This document shows positions 26,929 to 36,940 of a stretch of DNA of 64,000 bases, piece after piece; position 1 is the first letter of the stretch, and each line of letters begins with the position of its first letter. The stretch comes from an uncultured Fibrobacterota bacterium. GTDB lineage: Bacteria; Fibrobacterota; Chitinivibrionia; Chitinivibrionales; FEN-1185. Made by a program: the position numbers and the translations under genes. Below the pieces are notes generated by a model that saw nothing but the letters and a program-made list of their open reading frames with translations, was not told the origin of the DNA and did not search any database. The stretch is from contig CAVSQB010000011.1 of the NCBI GenBank assembly GCA_963729895.1, positions 115,733-179,732 on the forward strand, read 5' to 3'.

Positions 26929-28404
26929 ATGAAAACGACAGTCGGGCTTGTGCCATTTTCCGTTCTTGTGCTGGCTGTGCTGTGCACAACTGCATTTTCG
27001 TTGCCCAACGGACTCATCGCGTATTATCCTTTTGATGGCGATGCAATGGATTACAGCAACAACGGCAACAATGGAACAATTTACGGCCCCACGTGGGTAA
27101 CCGGGTATTATGGCAGTGCGCTTCACTTCAATGGGGCCGGCGATTATGTGAGCGTTCAGGACAAAGGTTCGCTTGTAATAACAAATGGCCTTTCCATTTG
27201 CGCATGGATCAAGCCTGAGCTCGGCAATATGTGGTATCGCGTTGTGGGAAAATCCAATAGCTCCAATTCCGATGACTGTTGGGGTATCGGCGAGGCAATG
27301 GCCGGGGGCATTTGCTTCACACTTTGGAAAGGCGGCAATCAGACCTACACAAACGGACAAACTCCGCTCCAAATGAATCAATGGAATCATATTGTTGGAA
27401 CGTGGGACGGCAGTGTGATGCACATTTATCAAAATGGCGTGCTGCAGCCGGAGACCGAGTATATAACTCCGCCGATTGACAATTCGGTGAATCCGTTGTA
27501 CATTGGAAAGCTGCCGAACAACACCTACTATTTCAAAGGTGCGGTTGATGAAGTGATGATATTCAACAGGGCGTTGTCGGCCAGCGAGGTGGACTCGATC
27601 TTTCGTGGGACGTATCTCACTGATTCAACGACGCCCGTTGTTGTGCCGTACGTTCCCAAAGTAACCCTTGATCGGCGGCCGCGATTCGTCTGGCATCCGG
27701 TTTCTCTGGGTGCACAATATACCCTGGCGGTTTCGGATACTGCCTCCTTTACAAATCCCGTCATACTTCTTCCCCTGAGCGACACGGTTTACGCTCCTGA
27801 CGCCGACCTGCCAATCGGTCCCATTCGCTGGCGCGTAAGACTTAATACCGGCACACGGTGGTCTCAGCCGGACAACTTCGTTATCCAATCGGACAGCGTT
27901 CCATTTCTGGTACGTTTCAATGGAGGTCTTGTGAACAATGTTCGGCCTACTTTTTCGTGGTATTCGGTGAGCCAGACAACTGCCTACAGGATCGAAATGG
28001 CCAACAATCCGCTGTTCACAAATACGCTGGTCACGCTTGTCTCCGATACCACATTTATCCCTCTGGCAGACCTTGCCCCCGGGTTATGGTTCTGGAGAGT
28101 GAGCAGCAGCAGAAACTATTCTCTCTTTTGTGTTCCGGACAGTTTTCAAATAGTACCGGTTTCCGTTATTGAAAAACGGTACAGCATGTCGAGTGGGAAG
28201 GTCGCAGGTTTTATTCCTGGCGGCAGTCTGTGCATATATTCGTTGAGCGGCCGTAAGGTTGCGGATATCGTTCATGTCAACGGACACACCGGGGTCGATG
28301 AATGCCTGGCTGCCTCGCGCATTCAGCTTTCACCCGGAGTTTACTTTGCGGTAACAACGATAAACGGAATGGGTTCCCAAACCTTCCGGTTTCTGCATCG
28401 CTGA
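26929..28404 (+). CDS. Secreted LamG-like jellyroll protein with two Fn3/Ig-like repeats and a C-terminal sorting-like domain
   Basis: Signal peptide; LIAYYPFDG, WNHIVGTWDG, FKGAVDEV.IFNRALS; repeats RPRFVW../RPTFSW..; tail IYSLSGRKV..LSPGVYF. Confidence 0.8.
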   Translation: MKTTVGLVPFSVLVLAVLCTTAFSLPNGLIAYYPFDGDAMDYSNNGNNGTIYGPTWVTGYYGSALHFNGAGDYVSVQDKGSLVITNGLSICAWIKPELGNMWYRVVGKSNSSNSDDCWGIGEAMAGGICFTLWKGGNQTYTNGQTPLQMNQWNHIVGTWDGSVMHIYQNGVLQPETEYITPPIDNSVNPLYIGKLPNNTYYFKGAVDEVMIFNRALSASEVDSIFRGTYLTDSTTPVVVPYVPKVTLDRRPRFVWHPVSLGAQYTLAVSDTASFTNPVILLPLSDTVYAPDADLPIGPIRWRVRLNTGTRWSQPDNFVIQSDSVPFLVRFNGGLVNNVRPTFSWYSVSQTTAYRIEMANNPLFTNTLVTLVSDTTFIPLADLAPGLWFWRVSSSRNYSLFCVPDSFQIVPVSVIEKRYSMSSGKVAGFIPGGSLCIYSLSGRKVADIVHVNGHTGVDECLAASRIQLSPGVYFAVTTINGMGSQTFRFLHR

Positions 28405-28421
28405 TCGCTCCGCTGCACCGC

Positions 28422-28465
28422 CACATCGGGCATGTGCCAATAGCCGAACGCACATGCCCGATGTG
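28422..28465. repeat. Perfect 16-bp inverted repeat (hairpin or terminator)
   Basis: CACATCGGGCATGTGC-12 nt-GCACATGCCCGATGTG. Confidence 0.8.
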
Positions 28466-28605
28466 TACGGGCGTTGCCCGCCGACCCAGGGGTTCACTTT
28501 ATATTCCCGACGCTTGTTATTCTCCGGCCAATCTGGTATTTTTCTGACTCCCCAATCATCGTATTCCAAGAAAAACATTCACGAATCTTCCAAAGGAGCT
28601 CTATC

Positions 28606-29820
28606 GTGGCACAATTAGTCGGAAAGGCAGTCATCGCACAAGGAGGCGGTCCGACCGCGGTCATTAATCAGAGTCTCGCCGGCGCGGTCCTCCAGGCGAG
28701 AAAGTACGCCTGCATCGAAAACGTCTATGGTGCGCTCCACGGCGTGAGCGGCATCGTGAAAGAGGATTTTCTCGATCTTGCGCAGGCAACGACGATCAAT
28801 CTGGAAAAAGTCGCGCTTTCCCCCTCGTCGGCCATGCTTTCCACCCGCGACAAACCCAACGAGGAATACTGCCAGAAGATCTTCAAGGTTCTCAAGGCTC
28901 ACGGCGTGAGGTACTTCTACTATATCGGCGGCAACGATTCCGCCGATACGTGCAAGATCGTGAGCGAAAACGCAAAGAAGGCGGGATACGAATTGCGTGT
29001 GGTCCACATACCGAAGACCATAGACAACGATTTGCGGGTCACCGACCACTGCCCGGGTTTCGGCTCGGCCGGCCGGTTCGTGAGCCTGGCTTTTGCGGGT
29101 CTCAACCTTGACAACCGCAGCCTTCCCGGCGTGTACATCGCCGTCATCATGGGCCGCAACGCCGGATTTCTCACCGCGGCCTCGGTATTCGCCAGGAAGT
29201 ACCCGGACGACGGCCCGCATTGCATCTACGTGCCGGAAAAACCCTTCAGCCAGGACAAGTTCCTTGCCGATGTCGACAAATACTATAAACAGTACGGAAG
29301 ATGCATCATCGCCGCGTCGGAAGGCATCGCCGACAAAGACGGAACGCCGATCATCGCGGCTTTGACAAAGAGTAATGAGCAGGACGCTCACGGGAATGTG
29401 CAGCTGTCCGGCACGGGCGCCCTGGGCGACGCGCTGGCGGGACTCGTGAAAGACAAACTCAAGATCAAACGCGTGCGCTGCGACACGTTCGGCTATCTGC
29501 AGCGGAGTTTCTTGGGTGTTGTTTCTGAAATTGACGCGCAGGAAGCGCGCGAGGTGGGGGAGAAGGCAGTCCAGTTTTCGGTGTGCGGGGATACCGACGG
29601 CAGCGTAGCCATCCGGAGGACGGGCCAGTACTCGGTTGACTATTTTCTCACGCCGCTTGATACCGTTGCCCGCGACACCAAGAAAATGGCCGACGGGTTT
29701 ATCGACGCGGAGAACTCGACGGTCACGGAGGCATTCAAAGAGTACGCGGGCCCGCTTGTGGGAGCCATGCCTGAATACGATCGCATTTCCGCCCCGCCGG
29801 TGGGCAAGTTGCTTTCGTAG
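28606..29820 (+). CDS. pfp: 6-phosphofructokinase, probably PPi-dependent
   Basis: GGGPTAVIN, IGGNDS, PKTIDNDL, MGRNAG; SD AAGGAG before GTG at 28606. Confidence 0.88.
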   Translation: MAQLVGKAVIAQGGGPTAVINQSLAGAVLQARKYACIENVYGALHGVSGIVKEDFLDLAQATTINLEKVALSPSSAMLSTRDKPNEEYCQKIFKVLKAHGVRYFYYIGGNDSADTCKIVSENAKKAGYELRVVHIPKTIDNDLRVTDHCPGFGSAGRFVSLAFAGLNLDNRSLPGVYIAVIMGRNAGFLTAASVFARKYPDDGPHCIYVPEKPFSQDKFLADVDKYYKQYGRCIIAASEGIADKDGTPIIAALTKSNEQDAHGNVQLSGTGALGDALAGLVKDKLKIKRVRCDTFGYLQRSFLGVVSEIDAQEAREVGEKAVQFSVCGDTDGSVAIRRTGQYSVDYFLTPLDTVARDTKKMADGFIDAENSTVTEAFKEYAGPLVGAMPEYDRISAPPVGKLLS

Positions 29821-29919
29821 CGGTGGGCCGCGGTTGATTCGGGAAGCTCGAAACAGAAAGCCCGGGGCGCATCGCCGTTTTGCGCCTGTTTCTTCATTAA
29901 AGGACGACTGGACGGATGC

Positions 29920-30756
29920 TTGAATAGTCTTGTAGCCCTGCACAAAAGCATTTTCTCAGGAGAGTTCTACAAAGATGTCGTGGAGATGCGGGCCCGGGGT
30001 GTCGTAAAATTCCTGTTTCTGGTCTGCCTCGGAACCGCTCTCATCTGCGGCTTGTCGCACACGTTTTACGCGTTCGACAAGACATCCGGGCTTGCCGCAC
30101 GGGCTGCGGCGGCGCTTGGCGGCATGGAAATTTCGCGCGGAGCGCTCCTGCCCTACCGGCAAACCCCCTATGTTCCCGAAAGTTTGCTGGTGTCCGGATT
30201 TCTGGAGGCGCTCCTTTTTTTGCCCCGGTCGTACGCCCATCTGCCCGATTCATTTGTGATCGTCGACACGTCCGCGAAGGCGTTGTCTCACGTAAGCCCC
30301 AATACCATGTTCTTGCTGACCGCCCGTTCTCTCACGGTGAATCCGGGCTCCCCATTCTCATACAGCAAGAATTATTCCGAGTTGCTCGGCGGGACAGACC
30401 TTGTCATGGAAGAACAGGCGCTTCGGAAGGTACTGCTCAAATGGGCAGGGGGGCTGGCCTTATTTTATTGCATGTGGACCGGTGTGACGAATGCCGGGGT
30501 TTTCCTGGTGAGTATTGCCTTTCTCACATTTGCGGCATATATTTTTAGACTCGAACGTTCGCGGCGCGGGGGAGAATTTCTCAAGATTGCCAGCTTCGCC
30601 GCCTCACCTGTGTATGTCGGGACGAATCTGGTCGCCCTTTCGGGAACGACTGTGGCGTGGACATGGCACGTCCTGATTCTCATTTCCACGTTTGTCATGT
30701 TCCGCGGCGTTCAACGTACCTCCCGATCCGCCAAAAGGCCCGACATCCAGGAATAG
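29920..30756 (+). CDS. Membrane protein (DUF1189-like)
   Basis: N-terminal TM, soluble loop, 3 C-terminal TMs; IASFAASP. Confidence 0.55.
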   Translation: MNSLVALHKSIFSGEFYKDVVEMRARGVVKFLFLVCLGTALICGLSHTFYAFDKTSGLAARAAAALGGMEISRGALLPYRQTPYVPESLLVSGFLEALLFLPRSYAHLPDSFVIVDTSAKALSHVSPNTMFLLTARSLTVNPGSPFSYSKNYSELLGGTDLVMEEQALRKVLLKWAGGLALFYCMWTGVTNAGVFLVSIAFLTFAAYIFRLERSRRGGEFLKIASFAASPVYVGTNLVALSGTTVAWTWHVLILISTFVMFRGVQRTSRSAKRPDIQE

Positions 30757-30767
30757 GGAAAACCGGC

Positions 30768-31634
30768 ATGCTCCTTGGAATCCAGCAGAAGAAAGGGGAC
30801 GCAAACAAGCTTGACGGCCGTCTCACCGTGTACGCGGTTCTCGATATCGACCCCTCGGATCTTCTCTCCTTGAAACATCCTATTGCGTCGATGGTCCACA
30901 ACGGGCTTCTTGTGGCGCAGGGCAACTACCGCGAGCAGAACAACCTGAGGGATTTTCTCAAGTCGGAAATGGGTCTGTCGATCGAGGAAGGCCTCGAGGA
31001 CTTCCTTGACAAACTGGGTGGACTGGAATCCGCGCTCGACCCGGAAAAACTGCGGGAGCGCATAGAGAACATAGACGAACTGGAAGATTTTATTCCGACG
31101 CCCGCCAAGATCGTTCCGTTTCATTCGGAAACGGACGTGCTTGCCCAGGAAGGGGACGTGTACTTCGCCGGTTCGTTCAAGAACATCGGCAATGCAATCC
31201 TGAGCGTGAATTCCCTTCCCATCCTGTATCAGGCGCGATTCAGGGAACAGGAGATACGCACCGTCCGGAACGAAATAGAGCAGCTCATCGCCCAAATCGA
31301 AAGGAACGCGCCTGCCCGCGAGCGAGTGGTGTCGTCCGACACCAAGGTTGAGGAGAAGATACTCAAGGAATTTATACCCAACATGCTGTATTGCCGCAAG
31401 GAGAAGAAAGTATTCGGCGCGGCGGAAAAGCAGTTCCGGGATTTTCTGCGCGACTACCGCAACAAAGAGGATATCGACTCCATCGTATCCATCATCGTAG
31501 ACGAACACGAGCTCACTTCAAGGCACTTCAAGCTGCTTGAACTTTACGCGAAGAAGATTTCCCGGGTCCAGGAAGAGAATTTTGCCGAGGCGGAGAAACT
31601 TCAGAAAGATATAGCGGCGTTGGAGCAGCAATGA
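30768..31634 (+). CDS. Hypothetical protein with a C-terminal UVR-like motif
   Basis: Typical codon usage; ends VQEENFAEAEKLQKDIAALE. Confidence 0.7.
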   Translation: MLLGIQQKKGDANKLDGRLTVYAVLDIDPSDLLSLKHPIASMVHNGLLVAQGNYREQNNLRDFLKSEMGLSIEEGLEDFLDKLGGLESALDPEKLRERIENIDELEDFIPTPAKIVPFHSETDVLAQEGDVYFAGSFKNIGNAILSVNSLPILYQARFREQEIRTVRNEIEQLIAQIERNAPARERVVSSDTKVEEKILKEFIPNMLYCRKEKKVFGAAEKQFRDFLRDYRNKEDIDSIVSIIVDEHELTSRHFKLLELYAKKISRVQEENFAEAEKLQKDIAALEQQ

Positions 31635-31738
31635 GATGAGTCCTTCCCGTGGCGCCCTGCACCTTGCTCCGCCGTTCTTGCACATTGACAAAATACTATT
31701 TTGTACCACGCAGTACCCGGTGAAACGGAAGTAAGAAC

Positions 31739-33442
31739 ATGCTTTTCGGCAAGCGCGACAGAACAAAGGACATCGAGAACGACCCGCGCCTGATGTCCCT
31801 CATTGTCAAGCAAACATGGATCATCACCCTTGTGACTGATGCCGCGGGCGTTATTCTCTACGCAAACGACCGTGCCGAACATGAGCTCAAGCTCTCCCGT
31901 GATTCGTTGAACGGCCAAACGATGGAGTCCCTTTTGTCCGACACGGGCGACGGTATCTCCTGGAAGGAACTCCAGGCGCGCCTCGCCGGCGACGCAGTGT
32001 GCGAGGCAAAGGTATTCTTGCTCTGTGAAGGCGGGGCCGAGCTTGCCTGCTCCCTCCACGCGTTTGCAGCCGGGACCGGCGCGTCAAACGGGAACGTGTT
32101 CGTCCTTCAGTTCAAGGACGTCACCGGCGAGATCAAGTCGGTCGACCAGATTGAACGTAAAAACATCGAGATGGCAAAGATCAACACCGAGCTCATCAGG
32201 TCAAACGCGGAACTCAAACGCGTGAGCGAGTTGAAATCGAACTTCCTCAGCATTGCCTCGCACGAACTCAAGACGCCGCTTACCTCCATCAAGGGATACT
32301 CCGACATCATCATCGACACCATGAAAGACAAGATGGATGCGAGCATATTCCGGATGATCGAGAGCATCAATCGCGCCGCCGACAGGCTCCACCGGGTTGT
32401 CAACAACATCCTGGACGTCACGCGGATCGAACAGAAACGCCTGCGCCTGAAGCCTGAAACAATGGAACTTGCGGTGGTTGCCCGCGAATGCATCGAGGAG
32501 CTTTCACAGTTTTCCTCCAAAAGAAACATCAGGTTCGAATGCATCGTCCAGGAGAACCTTCCGGTCTTCCTCGGTGACACTATGCGAATGCAGCAGGTGT
32601 TTGCCAACCTGTTTTCAAACGCCCTCAAATTCTCTCCGGACAATTCTACCGTTGAGGTGAAAATCGGCTTGCTTAATAAATCTGAGTTTCATATAATTGT
32701 GAAGGACCAGGGGATCGGCATAGAAAAAGCGGAACAGAAGAAGATCTTCGACCCGTTTTACGAGGTGGCGAACGCAAACCGGCACAGCACCGACCTCTCC
32801 AAGTTCATGGGAGGCGGCACGGGGCTGGGCTTGTCGATAGTCAAAGGAATCGTGGAGCGTCACGGCGGCAGGATGTGGGTTGAAAGCGACGGGCCGTCGG
32901 ATGCCGTCAAGTTTCCCGGGAGCGAATTTCACGTGATCCTGCCCATACAGGCCACCATCGAATGGGACGACGACGAAACGCGCACCATCAAACTGGCCGA
33001 GCTTCACGAGGAGAGGATTCGGGAAAGGGATTCCGCGGAGGAGAATGTGGAGAAGAAGCCGCTTATCCTCTTCATCGACAGCGACAGGGAAGCGATTGAG
33101 ATCTCAAAGATGGTGCTGGAGAACGCGTTTGAAATTCTCGTCGCCGAAACGGGTGAAATCGGGCTCACCATGGCGTTCGACCAACTGCCCTCGGTGATTC
33201 TTGTTGATTCTTTTCTTCCGGGAATGGACGGCTACAGGGTTTGCAGGATCCTGCGCAGCCAGGATGAAACAAAGGGCATTCCCATCGCGTTTTTCTCGGC
33301 CGGATCGCAGAGCAGCGAAATTCAGAAATGTTTCGCGTCCGGGGCGGACGACTTTATTGTCAAGCCGTTCTCGGGCAAGGAATTGGTGGAAAAAATCTGG
33401 CGGCTGCTGATGAAGAAGAAAGAACAGCAGAATTTCAAGTAG
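31739..33442 (+). CDS. Hybrid histidine kinase (PAS-like, HisKA, HATPase, REC)
   Basis: SHELKTPLTSI, NLFSNALKF, D.GIGI, GTGLGL; REC with VDSFLPGMDG, VKPF. Confidence 0.92.
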   Translation: MLFGKRDRTKDIENDPRLMSLIVKQTWIITLVTDAAGVILYANDRAEHELKLSRDSLNGQTMESLLSDTGDGISWKELQARLAGDAVCEAKVFLLCEGGAELACSLHAFAAGTGASNGNVFVLQFKDVTGEIKSVDQIERKNIEMAKINTELIRSNAELKRVSELKSNFLSIASHELKTPLTSIKGYSDIIIDTMKDKMDASIFRMIESINRAADRLHRVVNNILDVTRIEQKRLRLKPETMELAVVARECIEELSQFSSKRNIRFECIVQENLPVFLGDTMRMQQVFANLFSNALKFSPDNSTVEVKIGLLNKSEFHIIVKDQGIGIEKAEQKKIFDPFYEVANANRHSTDLSKFMGGGTGLGLSIVKGIVERHGGRMWVESDGPSDAVKFPGSEFHVILPIQATIEWDDDETRTIKLAELHEERIRERDSAEENVEKKPLILFIDSDREAIEISKMVLENAFEILVAETGEIGLTMAFDQLPSVILVDSFLPGMDGYRVCRILRSQDETKGIPIAFFSAGSQSSEIQKCFASGADDFIVKPFSGKELVEKIWRLLMKKKEQQNFK

Positions 33443-33462
33443 GATCCCGCCGGGCCCGGCTC

Positions 33463-33503
33463 AACAAAAGAGGAATGGACACGTTTTCCATTCCTCTTTT
33501 GTT
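33463..33503. terminator. Bidirectional terminator between convergent genes
   Basis: 17-bp perfect IR AACAAAAGAGGAATGGA/TCCATTCCTCTTTTGTT. Confidence 0.8.
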
Positions 33504-33524
33504 TCCATACTGCAAGAACGGAAC

Positions 33525-33974
33525 CTACTTGGTCTGCCGCTCCACCGTCTCCCTGTCAACGTTCTCGCGAAGCGCATCCGCAAATGATCGATCGAGCTTG
33601 ATGGGGTCTGCGTTGGGGTTATCGGCGTCTATGATGTAAACCGGAGTCGGATTATCGAGATATCCGATAACATCCGCATCGTCGAACACAAAAGTCTTGC
33701 TTTTGCCGGTAGCCACCACGAGCCGCTTCTCAACCCACCCGATTTCGCCGTCGCCTTTTTGCACTTTGTAATGCTGCCTGCCTTCCGACAGAACGACCAG
33801 CTTGTCGCTGGTCCCTACCGTGAACACCGGCTTCTCGTAGAGTTCGCGGATTTCGTTCTTGAACACGCCGACATCTTCCTTGGTGGGCGTCACAAACCTT
33901 TGGGCGTCCTTTGCACTGAACGCAAGGCTTGCAAAAAGTCCGATCAGGATAACCGTCGTGATTTTTAACCGCAT
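33525..33974 (-). CDS. Secreted SH3b-domain protein with a CglF-like C-terminal segment
   Basis: Signal peptide; HYKVQ..DGEIGWV (SH3b); FVFDDADVIGYLDNP..IKLDRSFADALRENVD. Confidence 0.7.
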   Translation of the reverse strand: MRLKITTVILIGLFASLAFSAKDAQRFVTPTKEDVGVFKNEIRELYEKPVFTVGTSDKLVVLSEGRQHYKVQKGDGEIGWVEKRLVVATGKSKTFVFDDADVIGYLDNPTPVYIIDADNPNADPIKLDRSFADALRENVDRETVERQTK

Positions 33975-34083
33975 AACTTTCTCCTTTTCTAAATACGCCT
34001 CAAGACACTTTCTCTGCTAATTATAAATGATTTATGGAACAAAAGCAAGTGAGAAACGGTCGCCGTTACCTCCTTTTTCCCGT

Positions 34084-35538
34084 TCAACTGCCGCAAAACG
34101 AAAAGTCCATGTCACGGGCGGCCTTGACCTCGTCGAGACGACCCACCGGTGTTGTTACCGGCGCATCGTGCAAAAGGGCCGGGTTCAGAAGAGCCTCCCC
34201 GGCAACGGAGTTCATGGCCGCAACAAATGCATCAAGGGTTTCCTTGCTTTCGGTTTCGGTCGGCTCGATCATCAGGGCTTCCCGGACAATAAGTGGAAAG
34301 TAGACCGTCGGCGGATGAAACCCCAAGTCGATCAGCCGCTTTGCGATGTCCAAAGCGCTTATGCCTGCCTTTGCCTGCCCCATTGCCGAAACCACACATT
34401 CGTGCATGCATGTTCTCGGGTAGGGAACATGGTACGACTTCTTCAAACAGTTCATAACATAATTCGCATTGAGCACCGCGTTATTGCTCACCTCGGCAAG
34501 GCCTTCGCGGCCGAGCAGCAGGATATAGGCGTAGGCTCTAAGGCATACGCCGAAATTGCCGTAGAACGGGGCAATGTACCCAATTGACTTAGGAAAATTG
34601 TAATTGAGCGAATAGGTGTTGTCGGGCCGCTTCACGATGCGCGACACAGGAAGAAACTCTTCCAGGAACTTTTTGACGCCCACCGGACCCGCGCCGGGTC
34701 CGCCGCCGCCATGGGGCGTTCCGAACGTCTTGTGCAGGTTGATGTGCATCACGTCGAAACTGGCGTCGCCGGGCCGGAATTTGCCGAGAATGGCGTTGAG
34801 ATTCGCGCCGTCGTAGTAAAGCAGGGCGTCGTGTTTATGCGCGCAGTCGGCGATCTTTCCGATTTGGGAATTGAAAATCCCGAGCGTGTTCGGATTTGTC
34901 ATCATGACGGCGGCCGTGTGAGGGCCGATCATGGCTTCGAGCGTGGCAAGGTCGATGACGCCCGTTGCCGGATTTGTGGGAACGGGCGTCACGCGGTACC
35001 CGGCGATTGCCGCGCTGGAAGGATTGGTCCCGTGCGCTTCGTCCGGGATGAGCACCTCGTTCTTGTCGTTGCCCTTGTCCCGGTGATACGCGGCGATGAG
35101 CATCATGCCCGTCAGTTCGCCGTGCGCGCCGGCCATGGGTTGAAGGGTAAACGCGTCCATGCCCGACAGTTCACACAGGAGACGTTCCAGTTCGTAAAGA
35201 ACGGCCAGCGCGCCTTGGGTAAGCATGCCGCCCCGCCTGAGTTGCGGCAGCAGGGGATGGAGCGAGCAGAACCCTTCGAGTTGGGCGATCTTTTCGCAGA
35301 TCTTCGGGTTGTATTTCATGGTGCAGGAGCCCAGAGGATAGAAATTGGTGTCCACGCCGTAGTTCATGCGCGACAAAGCCGTAAAATGCCGTACCACGTC
35401 AAGCTCCGATAATTCGCACAGATCGGCGTCGGTCTTCCTGCGGTATTTTTCTTCAACGGCGACGGTTGTCGGAACGTCGAGTGCGGGGAGCGACACGCCT
35501 TTTCTCCCGCTCACCGATTTCCTGAAGATTATGTCCAT
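34084..35538 (-). CDS. gcvPB: Glycine dehydrogenase (decarboxylating) subunit 2
   Basis: YPLGSCTMKYNPK, AGAHGE, HGTNP, NLHKTFGTPHGGGGPG, IEPTETES. Confidence 0.96.
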   Translation of the reverse strand: MDIIFRKSVSGRKGVSLPALDVPTTVAVEEKYRRKTDADLCELSELDVVRHFTALSRMNYGVDTNFYPLGSCTMKYNPKICEKIAQLEGFCSLHPLLPQLRRGGMLTQGALAVLYELERLLCELSGMDAFTLQPMAGAHGELTGMMLIAAYHRDKGNDKNEVLIPDEAHGTNPSSAAIAGYRVTPVPTNPATGVIDLATLEAMIGPHTAAVMMTNPNTLGIFNSQIGKIADCAHKHDALLYYDGANLNAILGKFRPGDASFDVMHINLHKTFGTPHGGGGPGAGPVGVKKFLEEFLPVSRIVKRPDNTYSLNYNFPKSIGYIAPFYGNFGVCLRAYAYILLLGREGLAEVSNNAVLNANYVMNCLKKSYHVPYPRTCMHECVVSAMGQAKAGISALDIAKRLIDLGFHPPTVYFPLIVREALMIEPTETESKETLDAFVAAMNSVAGEALLNPALLHDAPVTTPVGRLDEVKAARDMDFSFCGS

Positions 35539-35599
35539 GATCTCTCTCTTGTTCCTCACTGCTATAGTCGTGCATTTGCAGACAATGGTTCACGCCGCG

Positions 35600-36940
35600 T
35601 TACATAGTCATCAAAACGTGTTCCAGGGTTTCGGCAAACGACCCGATTTCAAATTTCGTCCGCTTTTCCGTTACTGCAACAAGGAGGTAATTGTCCATTT
35701 CGGGGTAATACCTGCCGAGCGGAAATCCCGGCGCAAACCCGTGTTCTATCATCTTGCCGACCACCTCGGCGGCATCGATGGGGAGCCTGAGCGTGAACTC
35801 GTTGAAGGTCGGGCTCGATTCCATCAGCTTGACACCCGGAACCGCCTTGAGCCTTTCCTTTGCATACCGGGCCTTGTTGAGGCACAGGGACGCCACATCC
35901 TTGAGGCCCTGCTTTCCAAGAAGGCTCAGGTAGGCGTGGGCCCGCAAAGCGCACAGGGCCTCGTTCGTGCAGATGTTCGACGCGGCCTTTTCCCGCCGTA
36001 TGTGCTGTTCACGCGCCTGGAGCGTGAGCACAAAACCCTGCCTTCCTGTACCGTCAACCGTTCTCCCCACCAGCCTTCCGGGCATTTTGCGAACGAGTTT
36101 CCTGGATGTTGCCATGAACCCGAGGTACGGTCCGCCGAACGACAGCGGCAATCCCAGCGACTGGCCTTCGCCGGTTGCGATGTCGATGCCGATCTCCCCC
36201 GGGGACTTGAGAAGCGCGAGCGCGATCGGATAGACCGATTGAATGGCAAGGATCCCCATGGAATGACATGTGGCGACGATGTCGCTCTGGTCGTCCATCA
36301 CGCCGAAGAAGTTCGGGTTCTGCACTATGACCGCTGCGGTGTTCGAGTCCAGCGCGTCAAAGACCCGGGCCCTGTCGCTCTGCCCGTGGGAAACGGGAAT
36401 CTCGTGGAATTCGATTGATAAATTGGCAGTATAGCAGTACAACATTTTACGGTAAATGGGGTTTACGCCGCCGTCAACGATGACCTTGGGGCGCCCCGTG
36501 GCCCGTATGGCCATCTGGCACGCTTCGTAGAGCGCGGTACCGCCGTCGTACATCGATGCGTTGGTCACTTCCATTCCGGTGAGACGGCATATGTCCGACT
36601 GATACTCGTAAATGGCCTGGAGCGTTCCCTGGGAGATCTCCGGCTGGTAAGGAGTGTAGGCGGTGTAAAATTCGCTGCGCCCCGCAATCGCATCCACCGC
36701 GGCCGGAATGAAGTGGTCGTAGAACCCGCCTCCGATAAAATTGATAAGGTGCGAATAGTTCTGCGAAGCGAGCCCGGACAACGCCGCAAAAACCTCCTGC
36801 TCCGATTTGCCTTCGGGCAGGGCAAAGGACCTCGGCCTCAGGTTTTGCGGGATGTCGGCGAAGAGTTGGTCCACCGACGAAACGCCGCATGTTTCGAGCA
36901 TTTCCGCCTGCTGCGCCCCGGTGTTTGAAATGTAGCTCAT
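35600..36940 (-). CDS. gcvPA: Glycine dehydrogenase subunit 1
   Basis: EFYTAYTPYQPEISQG, NASMYDG, FGGPYLG, REQHIRREKA.SNICTN. Confidence 0.96.
   Translation of the reverse strand: MSYISNTGAQQAEMLETCGVSSVDQLFADIPQNLRPRSFALPEGKSEQEVFAALSGLASQNYSHLINFIGGGFYDHFIPAAVDAIAGRSEFYTAYTPYQPEISQGTLQAIYEYQSDICRLTGMEVTNASMYDGGTALYEACQMAIRATGRPKVIVDGGVNPIYRKMLYCYTANLSIEFHEIPVSHGQSDRARVFDALDSNTAAVIVQNPNFFGVMDDQSDIVATCHSMGILAIQSVYPIALALLKSPGEIGIDIATGEGQSLGLPLSFGGPYLGFMATSRKLVRKMPGRLVGRTVDGTGRQGFVLTLQAREQHIRREKAASNICTNEALCALRAHAYLSLLGKQGLKDVASLCLNKARYAKERLKAVPGVKLMESSPTFNEFTLRLPIDAAEVVGKMIEHGFAPGFPLGRYYPEMDNYLLVAVTEKRTKFEIGSFAETLEHVLMTM

Noticed and set aside
28615..29943. 442-aa minus-strand ORF
   Set aside because: Antisense shadow of the PFK gene.
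35366..36418. 350-aa plus-strand ORF
   Set aside because: Antisense to gcvPA/gcvPB.
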